From: Candidatus Sericytochromatia bacterium
GTDB lineage: Bacteria > Cyanobacteriota > Sericytochromatia > UBA7694
DNA length: 64,000 bases
Assembly (NCBI GenBank): GCA_050248915.1
Contig: JBFWRL010000004.1
Coordinates: 12,673-76,672, forward strand
Reading direction: 5' to 3'
Shown: piece after piece, positions 49,964 to 58,342 of the stretch
Numbering within the stretch: position 1 is the first letter of the stretch
How the letters are laid out: each line of letters opens with the position of its first letter
Program-made: the position numbers and the translations under genes
The notes under the pieces: generated by a model
The model's input: the letters and a program-made list of their open reading frames with translations, nothing else
What the model was told of the DNA's origin: nothing
The model's database searches: none

Positions 49964-50063
49964 TTAATTACCTCCTTGCGGGTAGAGGATATAGCGGCCT
50001 GTATTGGCCAGGGTGTCTTGGACCTCCACCTCTAGCGTATGGCCTGGCAGGCGATAGGGCAAG
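49964..50063 (-). repeat. about 100-bp boundary repeat: 3' end of a 930-aa-type gene plus SD, upstream of paralog A
   Basis: It is nearly identical to 55022-55122 and to the genuine 3' end of the 930-aa gene at 58343-58445, which encodes ..LPYRLPGHTLEVEVNDTLANTGRYILYPQGGN*. Confidence 0.8.
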
Positions 50064-50111
50064 AGGTAAATACCAATGGTCTGTATACTTTTGTATGTTA
50101 TAATGGACTGA

Positions 50112-50963
50112 ATGAGTAAACACCGAATTCATTGGGATCATTATTTCAGTCAATGGCTGGCACACGCTTTGCCCCGCCATGATTTGGTGGTTGAAGAAAA
50201 ACCCCAGTTCAGTCAATTGCCCTTAGAAGCAGACGTTTTAATTATTGCGGCTTCTCAGGCCAAGTCTGCATGGCAAAAGCATCCCCTGTGGTGTCATTTG
50301 AGCCCTTATACGGTGCTGGAGTTTAAGTCTGTCGTCGATCCCTTTCGCGCTCATGATTTGGAAACGCTGTCTGCTTATGTGTCTCTGACCCATCGTCAAC
50401 ACCCCTTGTCGTTGCCTACAGAGGTAAGCGGTTGGTTGGTTGTTTCGGCGATGAACAAAGCGTTGCGGAGCCGTTTGCAAAGTTATGGGATTCAATTGGA
50501 ATCACGGCTATCTGGGTTTTGGCAGGCAGAGACGACGTTTTATCGTCTGGGAGTGGTGGAGTACAACCATTTGCCAAATACCGAAGCTTTTTTTGAGTTA
50601 AAAACCTTTATGCGCTCAGGACAAGCGTTGCGAGAAACCCTGCGCATGGGTTTAAAGCACTTAGCAGGTAGTAATTTGCAGAACGAATACCTTACAATAA
50701 TTTCAGCGCTACACAAACAGGAGGCCGAAGCCGTGATTCAGGTATTGGAAAGTGAAAAAGAGAATGTGGCTTGGGTTGTGGAGCAGTTATTAGAGAAGTC
50801 TCCCGACTTGAGTGAAAAGATCCCCTTCATTCAAGCACAGAAATCTTCGGGTAAGCTAGAAGGGTTGCGTGAGACCGCCCGCCAGATGAAAGCAGATGGC
50901 TTGCCTGTGGCGAGTATTTGCAAGTATACAGGGCTGAGTGCTGAAGAGGTGGCCGGCCTTTAG
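50112..50963 (+). CDS. Rpn-family / DUF4351-tail protein (putative PD-(D/E)XK recombination-promoting nuclease/transposase-like)
   Basis: 283 aa. The C-terminal ..ARQMKADGLPVASICKYTGLSAEEVAGL is the characteristic DUF4351 tail of Rpn/YhgA-like proteins. The N-terminal region is weakly nuclease-like. Confidence 0.55.
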   Translation: MSKHRIHWDHYFSQWLAHALPRHDLVVEEKPQFSQLPLEADVLIIAASQAKSAWQKHPLWCHLSPYTVLEFKSVVDPFRAHDLETLSAYVSLTHRQHPLSLPTEVSGWLVVSAMNKALRSRLQSYGIQLESRLSGFWQAETTFYRLGVVEYNHLPNTEAFFELKTFMRSGQALRETLRMGLKHLAGSNLQNEYLTIISALHKQEAEAVIQVLESEKENVAWVVEQLLEKSPDLSEKIPFIQAQKSSGKLEGLRETARQMKADGLPVASICKYTGLSAEEVAGL

Positions 50964-51089
50964 GGGGCTTTTGCTTGGGTTTGGTTACAAGGTGTAGTGG
51001 GTTTATTCTGCAAGGTATTTGAAATCACATAGCTCGCATTGCTCTGAACGCTGTTGCATGAGACAGGTGTGATCCCAAAAACTTCGATT

Positions 51090-51150
51090 TCGAAGTTTTC
51101 TTTGACCTCCACCTCCAGTGTGTGGCCTATTAGCCGATAGGGCAAGTGAG
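51090..51150 (-). repeat. degenerate third copy of the 930-aa-gene 3'-end boundary repeat
   Basis: The minus-strand ORF fragment encodes ..LPYRLIGHTLEVEV... Compare LPYRLPGHTLEVEV at the true gene end. Confidence 0.6.
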
Positions 51151-51227
51151 CGTTGGTTAAAAATAGCCTCAAAACACCCATGCAAAATTCCTGTTAATTT
51201 TGTATATACATATGATATATTTTAAGT

Positions 51228-51512
51228 ATGCGTTTGCCAGATCAAATCCGTACTATTTCATCCGCCCACAAACATGGGGTAACTGAAACCCAAATTTTAG
51301 ACAGCTTGTACAACCCCTACCAACGCCCCTTGCTATTGCGTTCAGAGTCTGACCCGACTGTGGTACTGGCTCTGGCGGAAACAGAAGATGGAGAATTGTT
51401 TGAAATTGGCTATGTACCTGAGCAAGAGGGTGTGGCTAGAGTGATTCATGCCATGCCCATGCGCCTCAGTTACCAAAAACGCTATCACACCAAGAGGAAA
51501 AGGCGAAGATGA
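51228..51512 (+). CDS. putative BrnT-like toxin (DUF497)
   Basis: 94 aa. AHKHGVTETQILD...LFEIGYV...ARVIHAMPMR resembles BrnT. It is paired with the downstream antitoxin by an ATGA overlap. Confidence 0.5.
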   Translation: MRLPDQIRTISSAHKHGVTETQILDSLYNPYQRPLLLRSESDPTVVLALAETEDGELFEIGYVPEQEGVARVIHAMPMRLSYQKRYHTKRKRRR

Positions 51513-51781
51513 AACGAACTGTGCCCCAAACGCTTGCTGAATGTCAAACAGATGAGCAACGTGCAGACTATCTTGTTAAACATGATGTCTTTGAAAGCGA
51601 TGAATTCAAGTATGAAGGGGTGGCCGAGCCTCCCCGTCGTCGCTTGATGCAGCAATTGCATATGCGGATTGACGAAGAAACCATTGCCCGTCTGCGCAAA
51701 GTGGCTGACAGTAAGCGCATGGGGTATCAGACGTTGGCCAGGATGTGGCTGATAGAGCGTTTGGAACAGGAAGAAGTCTGA
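51509..51781 (+). CDS. putative BrnA-like antitoxin (RHH/CopG-like)
   Basis: ..RIDEETIARLRKVADSKRMGYQTLARMWLIERL resembles the BrnA C-terminus (..GIPYQTLI..). Confidence 0.55.
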   Translation: MKRTVPQTLAECQTDEQRADYLVKHDVFESDEFKYEGVAEPPRRRLMQQLHMRIDEETIARLRKVADSKRMGYQTLARMWLIERLEQEEV

Positions 51782-51785
51782 GGCA

Positions 51786-51983
51786 ATGGGTTTGGCCGCA
51801 GAACGTCAGGAATTGAGAAAGACCATGCTTGAGTTGGTGAAAGAAGATGTTGAAAAAACATTACAAGCACGTGAACTTCAAAGTAAACGCGAAAGCGCCC
51901 GCCAGATGAAAGCCGATGGCTTGCCCGTGGCCCGAATTTGCAAGTACACAGGGCTGAGCGCTGAAGAGGTGGCGGGGCTTTAG
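51786..51983 (+). pseudogene. truncated Rpn-like gene fragment (DUF4351 tail only), convergent with paralog B
   Basis: A 65-aa ORF ending ..ARQMKADGLPVARICKYTGLSAEEVAGL*. Its N-terminal part is unrelated to the intact gene at 50112. Confidence 0.55.
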
Positions 51984-51985
51984 GG

Positions 51986-54900
51986 CTATTGAGGACAGGG
52001 CTTTTGAGCTGCTGTGCTGAAAGAGGCATTGGCAGGCAGCATATTACAGGCAAGAGTTGCATCAATGAGTCGGTTGCTGGGGATATTGGCTGTTTGCCCC
52101 TCTACCCAACCGCCACGCAGAGCTTCGTTGGGAATATCCACCACAAATTTTTGAATTTCAACTCCGTCACTGTCTGCTTGAGAGTTGAGAAAATGGGCTT
52201 TGCGCTTAAGATTTTTGTCTATTCCTGAGCGGGGTTCAAATACGATTTCTGTCTGAGTAGGTGTGAATCCAGTCCCTGTGATTAAAAGCTGTGGCAACCC
52301 TTTTTCAGCTGCTTGGCTGAGCTCGTTGTCCTCTTGGGGCCATTCTGCGGAAATGAGCTTGGGGCCGAGGAATACTTCAAGGTTCATGGTGAATTTTTCT
52401 GTATAAGCTTGTGTCCAAATGTCTGTTTCCCAGAGAGTATTAAAGACAGATAAAATGGCTGATTGAACAGGTTGATTTTGACCAAAAAGAGGCATCATAA
52501 AATGCCCTGATTTATCAAAAGCAAAACCACTGCTGATATATGGTTTGCGTTTTTTACCACTGGCTTCAGTTATTTCTTTGACCGCTTCTCCTTCCAGATT
52601 ATTCACACCGACCAAACTGGGCGCTAAAAACTCTTTGACTTTTCTGGCTTGTTGATTAATGGTGTGGGTCAAATTGGGATCAGGAGAAATGGCGCGAACG
52701 TATAAGTTGCGCGGTTGCAGAATCTTCTTATCCGCTTGTAAGAGCATGTATATGGCAGATAGGGGTTCTGTGCCGTTGGTGCTAATGTGAAGTGGGGATT
52801 GGACTGTATGATTGGCTTTGACGACATGGGTATGCCGGAAAGCGACATGGGGCAATGAATAACTGGAGAAAAGGCAAATATCTTTGTGGATGATGGCATC
52901 TGTGGCAAAACGCGTAAAATAATCACTGAGAAGGGTGTCATCTTTTTTCTTTAAAAATGCTGCCAGAGCACCTGTTGAACGAGGTGTGTTTGGGGTATTG
53001 GCTGGTCTTTTTCTAAAGTTTAAGCCGTATTCTTTAAAGAGTTCAGCTATGCCGTTGGGGCCGTAATAGTTCGCAAAATGGGTCCACAAGGGAACTGTGT
53101 CATAAACACTGCGATTTTCGTTATAATCACGTAAATAATAAAAACTTTTTTCCAGTTGTTCCAGAGAACGAACACGCTCATAGTAGCTGTAAACTTGGGG
53201 ATCTATTGCTTCTAATCCAATATCTGCTCTTCTCGTCTCGACCGCAAAAGGCCCCATATATGCTGCTGTGCCTTCGAACATCCAGCGATCACCGATGGAT
53301 GCGTCATCTTCAGGTGTTTGCAAATAGGCATCTTGAAAAATATGAAACAACTCATGTGCGCTTGTATCTGCAAAATTGTGTCCCCAAAAATCTCGGCCAC
53401 CTACCAAACTGTCTTTTTCGATATTCATTTGCATAGCTGAGCCTTGATAGACATTGTTTTTATAAATGGGATAAGCTACGCCATTTGCATTTTGGGGGGT
53501 GGTAGATGCAATGTCCCTCAAGAGATCTTGAAAGCCCTCTACTATAAAAACAGGAATTTTGGTCTCCTCCAGATCGGTTGGAGAATAAAATTGTGGAGGT
53601 GCTTTCATATCCCAACTGGCATAGACAGAATAGGCATTTTCAAGATATTTTTTTATACTGTCCATGGCTTCTGGGCAAGCTTCGCCATCATTGTCGCTAA
53701 TATAAAAGTGTTCTGTAATTTCTCGTTGAAACGTACCCTTTTTTTGACAAGTAGGATTATAGCTCTGAATTTTAAAAGACTCTGATTCAAAAAACTGATC
53801 TACACTGGGTGTATAGTGTTGTTGCTTTGAAAAATAGGCGAATTCTTGGATCCAAAGAGGAAAATTATGATGTGTAATATCACTAAATTTTCGGACATCT
53901 GTACGTTTTGCTAAATAGGGAAAATACACCCAAGAAAAAGGTTCTAAAATATTTGCTGTTGCTACATCTTGTTGGCTTAATGGATCATAACGTTTAAAAT
54001 AATCATAAATTGGTAAATTCAGCTTAGCTGGTTGGTTGAGTTTTAATCCTAATGGTTCTATTTTAACAATGGGAGCAGCAAAAACCCAGCCAAGAGCACA
54101 GTCTTGTGGATCATGTGGATTTGGGCAATATTTTTTACGAGAAGCTACCTCTTTCTGCTGGCGCATAACCACCACCGTCGGCGCGCTTAAAGCCCCTGCA
54201 GGCAAATCCAGCTTGGCCACCCCCGGCAGCTCCACAGTCCCCCCCGCAGACCCAATCTGCTTGATCCCCGGCGGATATGCCGCCTGCTGATTCGTCGTCC
54301 ACCAGGCCATCTGAAACTCTTTCACTGTATCGGTCTTAAACTTCAGCACCAGCTTTTGCCCATCGGGGTTGTACCAATCACTCGGCACAGGCAAAGGCCG
54401 CACACCCAACAAAAACCAGCGGTTTAAATCGAGCAATTTGCCCTGTTTGGAGCTGAGTGTGTCTTTGACATAGTAGAGGTCATCGCTCACCTCTAAGCTG
54501 CTATTGGGCTTCCAGGGGCCTTGCAGGTGTAGCAAAGTCTCGTAGGTATGCTGGGGCAGGCGAATCGTGGCTTGGCCATCGCTGCCATCGCCATCGAGAA
54601 TTTCCAGCTTCTTGCCAGTCCCCGCTTCGAGCACGAGTTGAAACGCGCCATTCTCGGGAATTTTGACCTGCTGTTTGAGGTTCTTGGCCTGGGCCATAAA
54701 GCGCACGACAAAGACCTGGGGCAGATTAAAGCTCTGCACAGCAAAGCCCTCTTCGGCAGGCTTCTCGGCCAGGGCCTGCTCCAGCGCGGCATTGAGCTGG
54801 TCGTTTTTATCGGCGGGCAGGTTTGTGTCCAAGGGTGTGGTTTTCACCATATTGGGAAACGTCACCTTTTCAGGCGGCTTTTGGCCTGTGTCGGCAGCGG

Positions 54901-55021
54901 TCTGCACCTGTGCTTGTATCTGGGCCTGTCGCTGGCTGCTTTGCTGGGCCGGGGGAATCAGGCTGCAGGCAGCGAGAAAGCTGGCGAGCAGGGCTGCGGA
55001 TAGGGGTTTGAGTAAATTCAT
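51986..55021 (-). CDS. giant HExxH lipoprotein, paralog B
   Basis: 1011 aa. Lipobox FLAAC. B/D-type N-domain. HExxH at about 53341-53370 (SAHELFHIFQ). C-domain TGTGFTPTQTEIVFEPRSG...ATLACNMLPANASFSTAAQKPCPQ. The same SD and boundary repeat lie upstream. Confidence 0.85.
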   Translation of the reverse strand: MNLLKPLSAALLASFLAACSLIPPAQQSSQRQAQIQAQVQTAADTGQKPPEKVTFPNMVKTTPLDTNLPADKNDQLNAALEQALAEKPAEEGFAVQSFNLPQVFVVRFMAQAKNLKQQVKIPENGAFQLVLEAGTGKKLEILDGDGSDGQATIRLPQHTYETLLHLQGPWKPNSSLEVSDDLYYVKDTLSSKQGKLLDLNRWFLLGVRPLPVPSDWYNPDGQKLVLKFKTDTVKEFQMAWWTTNQQAAYPPGIKQIGSAGGTVELPGVAKLDLPAGALSAPTVVVMRQQKEVASRKKYCPNPHDPQDCALGWVFAAPIVKIEPLGLKLNQPAKLNLPIYDYFKRYDPLSQQDVATANILEPFSWVYFPYLAKRTDVRKFSDITHHNFPLWIQEFAYFSKQQHYTPSVDQFFESESFKIQSYNPTCQKKGTFQREITEHFYISDNDGEACPEAMDSIKKYLENAYSVYASWDMKAPPQFYSPTDLEETKIPVFIVEGFQDLLRDIASTTPQNANGVAYPIYKNNVYQGSAMQMNIEKDSLVGGRDFWGHNFADTSAHELFHIFQDAYLQTPEDDASIGDRWMFEGTAAYMGPFAVETRRADIGLEAIDPQVYSYYERVRSLEQLEKSFYYLRDYNENRSVYDTVPLWTHFANYYGPNGIAELFKEYGLNFRKRPANTPNTPRSTGALAAFLKKKDDTLLSDYFTRFATDAIIHKDICLFSSYSLPHVAFRHTHVVKANHTVQSPLHISTNGTEPLSAIYMLLQADKKILQPRNLYVRAISPDPNLTHTINQQARKVKEFLAPSLVGVNNLEGEAVKEITEASGKKRKPYISSGFAFDKSGHFMMPLFGQNQPVQSAILSVFNTLWETDIWTQAYTEKFTMNLEVFLGPKLISAEWPQEDNELSQAAEKGLPQLLITGTGFTPTQTEIVFEPRSGIDKNLKRKAHFLNSQADSDGVEIQKFVVDIPNEALRGGWVEGQTANIPSNRLIDATLACNMLPANASFSTAAQKPCPQ

Positions 55022-55126
55022 CTTAACTACCTCCTTGCGGGTAGAGGATATAGCGGCCTGTATTGGCCAGGGTGTCTTGGACCTCCACCTCTAGCGTATG
55101 GCCTGGCAGGCGATAGGGCAAGCTAA
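55022..55126 (-). repeat. about 100-bp boundary repeat (3' end of a 930-aa-type gene plus SD) upstream of paralog B
   Basis: It matches 58343-58447 including the extension ..gcaagctaaaac. There is no intact 930-aa gene upstream of B. Confidence 0.8.
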
Positions 55127-55228
55127 AACTGACCTTTACTGTTATCCCTCACCGCTACCTTTTGCTTTTACATTCTTTCTGAACGCAGTACGATAGCCTG
55201 CAAGAATCTTGTGAGAGGAGGTGCAAAC

Positions 55229-58200
55229 TTATGGGGGATCAGAGTCTGATGTACATGGGTTTACGCTCGTGAGCGAAAAATCTTCTTGCAACATATTGCA
55301 GGCAAAAGCTGTATCGTTCAGTGTATTACTCGGCGTTTCTGCTGATAATCCGTAAGTCTGACCTGATACTTTTGCATGATTCGGTATTTGGACTAATAAT
55401 TCTTGCACTTCTAGGCCATCACTGTCTGTAGATAAAACTTTTATGTCTTGAGGGTTGACTTTTGTTTTGATGGCAATTGCCCCAGATTTTGGTTGAAAAA
55501 CCATCCACGTGTCATTCGGATCAAAACCAACCCCTTGAAATGATATACGTGTAAGCGTTTCATCATCAGAAAGGGCAATTTTTTTGCTTGATTTTAACTC
55601 TGGTGCAAGGTAATAGTTTATGTCCAGAAATATCGATAAGGGTGCTTGGGCGGATTCATAGAAATTTGAATTGGGTATGGCTAAGACTAATTTTTCAACA
55701 TTGGTTTTATTTAAAATTACAGCAGGGAATCCATTTGTTTTGTCTATAAATCTCCTGTAATTTAATACTTTATCAATTCCATTTTCGCTTTTAATCAAAA
55801 ATATGCGCGCATATTTTGCAAAATCAGAGGACTCTTCTTTATTTAAAATTTTAGGAGGAATAGATGAGCCCAAATTTTTAACGATATTATTTAAAAATAC
55901 TATAATCTTTTTATTTGATGGAATATCTTGAGTATCTATTTCAAAAAAATGCACAGAATCTGCCGATAGCTCTTTTCTTAAATTTATTTTGTCCTTTGGG
56001 TAGCTTGTTTTTTTTATTTTTTCTATTTTATCAATAGGGGAAAATAATTCAATATTATAATCATTTTTAATCTTAATAAGATTGCTAGCCGAGTTCATGC
56101 CATAATGTTGGCGCGTATAAAGTGAGTGGGAATATTTTCCCCAAATTTCTTCCCAGCTGTCGTCTTCTAATTGAGCTTTTATGGTATTGTTTTGAAGAGC
56201 TAAAGTTTTTAAAGGGACAACTTGATGGTCAGAATTGTTGTGAAAAGATTGTACGTAACTGAGTAAAAAAGAGTTTCCAAGGTAATCGTTCTCTGGCTTG
56301 CTTTCAGAGCTTCCTACCAAATGCCAGAAATAGGACATGAGAGAGACTTGCTGATAAGGATCTGGCGTTAGTCTAACAGGCTTTTGGGTGTTTTTTATGC
56401 TTGGCAATAAATCTTCGATGTATGCAGTTAAGGAGCTACTTGACTGTGGACTGGACCAAATCAAAGAAAAAGCAGATTTCCCTGTAAAGTTTGTTAATAT
56501 ATTATAGTTGTTAAAATCTCTGTATAGTTGATGTGAACCCACAAAACGAGCCGTACTTTCTCCCGGTAGTCGACCATAATTACACGTTTTACAATATAAT
56601 TGGATATATGTTGAGTAGTCTAAATTTCCAAACTGGAAAACATGAAACATCTCATGATAAACTTTCTCAACACCTAATGGGTATGTTAATAGCGGTATGG
56701 TTACAGAGGATGAGCCTGCTTTAAATTCTTTTAATTTAGTTGTTGCCTCAATGAGATTTGAACCTATATTTATTCTCTGTTTTCGGGAGGTGTATCCAGG
56801 TATTTGGTCGTCTAAAATCGGCAAAGAAATGTTAGCTTGATCTTTTTTTGAGAATTTTTGGTAAGATTTTTCCGCTGCTACCATATATGCAAGGATATAA
56901 GCCGCATCAAGAGCTGAATTTGTTTGGTCATTTGTTATATGGACAAAAATATGACCAGGATCTGGTGCTGGTTCATTGCAAAGTTCTTCAAGTCTTTGTC
57001 TTGCTGAAGAAACAGATATGATTTCATTTGCTAGAGAGATTCTTGTTAAGCAAAATTTGGAGCTACCTCCTTGATTTGGCTTTGGTGCTGGTAACGTATT
57101 GGTTGAAATTAGAAAATCATTGTCGGTTAATTTGGCAAAATATGAAAAATGATTTACTAAATAACCTACTTCGTCAATATTATTAAATTGAGGGTTAATT
57201 TGTTTTGTTTCAAAGTCTAGAGATTGGCAATTTACGTTTTGAAGAGGTGATGTCTTCAACTCTGGACAGGAAATCATTTGTATTAAACCAATGTGATAGG
57301 GCCAATTTTTAAAAAAAGTGCTTAAACGCATGACTGCAGGTTTTTGAAATGTAAGCCCAGTTGGATTCATTTTTACAATAGGGGATACAAAAGTAAAATC
57401 ATTAAATGGATACGTAGAAACAACCTGCCTCATAGAGATAACTACTGGTGCTAATAATGCACTTGCTGGCACTTCAAGTTTTCCCACCCCCGGCAGCTCC
57501 ACTGTGCCCCCCGCAGGCCCAATCTGCTTGATCCCCGGTGGAAACGGAGCCTCACCGCGCTGCTTTTGCAGGAGCAGCTCAAACTCTTTGATCTGGTTGG
57601 CCTTAAAGCGCAGCACAAAAGCCTGCCCATCAGGGCTGTACCAATCACTCGGCACGGGAATGGGTCGCAGCCCCAGCTTGAACCATTTATTATCCCGCTC
57701 ATCGTGGTGCCCCTTGTGCTTGCGCTCTTTGCTGAGGGTGTCTTTAACATAATAAAGCTCATCGCTGACATCTAAGCGGCTATTGTCTTTGGCCTCTTCT
57801 AAATGCACCCAGGTTTTGAGCGTGCTTGCGGGCATTTGCACCCGTGCTTCGCCATCGCGGGCATCTTTGTCTAGTAGCTCAAAGCGTGGGCCAGCTTCGA
57901 GTGTGAGCATAAATTCACCTGTTTCAGGCATGAGAATCTGGCGCTTGCCCTTGGCCTCTTTGCTTTTGAATTCAATCACATAGGCGGCGTTGTTATCCTG
58001 TTCATTGTGTTTGTCATCTTTGTCTTTTTTATCGTCATCTTTGCCTTTGTCGCTGGCTGTGCTGAAACCCGTGCCAGGGTCAGCACTTGGGTTGTCTAAA
58101 AAGGCTTTGAGCAGGGCGCTCACTTCGTCTACTTCGCTGGGCTCGGGGGCCTCTAGCAAAGTGGTGGTGACCATATTGGGGAACGTCACTTTTTCAGGCG

Positions 58201-58342
58201 GCTTTTGGCCTGTGTCGGCAGCGGTCTGCACCTGTGCTTGTACCTGTCGTTGGCTGCTTTGCTGGGCCGGGGGGATCAGGCTGCAGGCAGCGAGAAAGCT
58301 GGCGAGCAGGGCTGCGGATAGGGGTTTGAATAAGGCTTTCAT
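55229..58342 (-). CDS. giant HExxH lipoprotein, paralog C (mosaic)
   Basis: 1037 aa. The first about 55 aa are B-like (MKALFKPLSAALLASFLAACSLIPPAQQSSQRQ). The N-domain is A-like from PNMVTTTLLEAPEPSEV onward, including a KD-rich insertion. The unique very AT-rich core has HExxH at about 56640-56668 (VYHEMFHVFQ). The C-domain is B/D-like: ..TAFACNML. Confidence 0.85.
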   Translation of the reverse strand: MKALFKPLSAALLASFLAACSLIPPAQQSSQRQVQAQVQTAADTGQKPPEKVTFPNMVTTTLLEAPEPSEVDEVSALLKAFLDNPSADPGTGFSTASDKGKDDDKKDKDDKHNEQDNNAAYVIEFKSKEAKGKRQILMPETGEFMLTLEAGPRFELLDKDARDGEARVQMPASTLKTWVHLEEAKDNSRLDVSDELYYVKDTLSKERKHKGHHDERDNKWFKLGLRPIPVPSDWYSPDGQAFVLRFKANQIKEFELLLQKQRGEAPFPPGIKQIGPAGGTVELPGVGKLEVPASALLAPVVISMRQVVSTYPFNDFTFVSPIVKMNPTGLTFQKPAVMRLSTFFKNWPYHIGLIQMISCPELKTSPLQNVNCQSLDFETKQINPQFNNIDEVGYLVNHFSYFAKLTDNDFLISTNTLPAPKPNQGGSSKFCLTRISLANEIISVSSARQRLEELCNEPAPDPGHIFVHITNDQTNSALDAAYILAYMVAAEKSYQKFSKKDQANISLPILDDQIPGYTSRKQRINIGSNLIEATTKLKEFKAGSSSVTIPLLTYPLGVEKVYHEMFHVFQFGNLDYSTYIQLYCKTCNYGRLPGESTARFVGSHQLYRDFNNYNILTNFTGKSAFSLIWSSPQSSSSLTAYIEDLLPSIKNTQKPVRLTPDPYQQVSLMSYFWHLVGSSESKPENDYLGNSFLLSYVQSFHNNSDHQVVPLKTLALQNNTIKAQLEDDSWEEIWGKYSHSLYTRQHYGMNSASNLIKIKNDYNIELFSPIDKIEKIKKTSYPKDKINLRKELSADSVHFFEIDTQDIPSNKKIIVFLNNIVKNLGSSIPPKILNKEESSDFAKYARIFLIKSENGIDKVLNYRRFIDKTNGFPAVILNKTNVEKLVLAIPNSNFYESAQAPLSIFLDINYYLAPELKSSKKIALSDDETLTRISFQGVGFDPNDTWMVFQPKSGAIAIKTKVNPQDIKVLSTDSDGLEVQELLVQIPNHAKVSGQTYGLSAETPSNTLNDTAFACNMLQEDFSLTSVNPCTSDSDPP

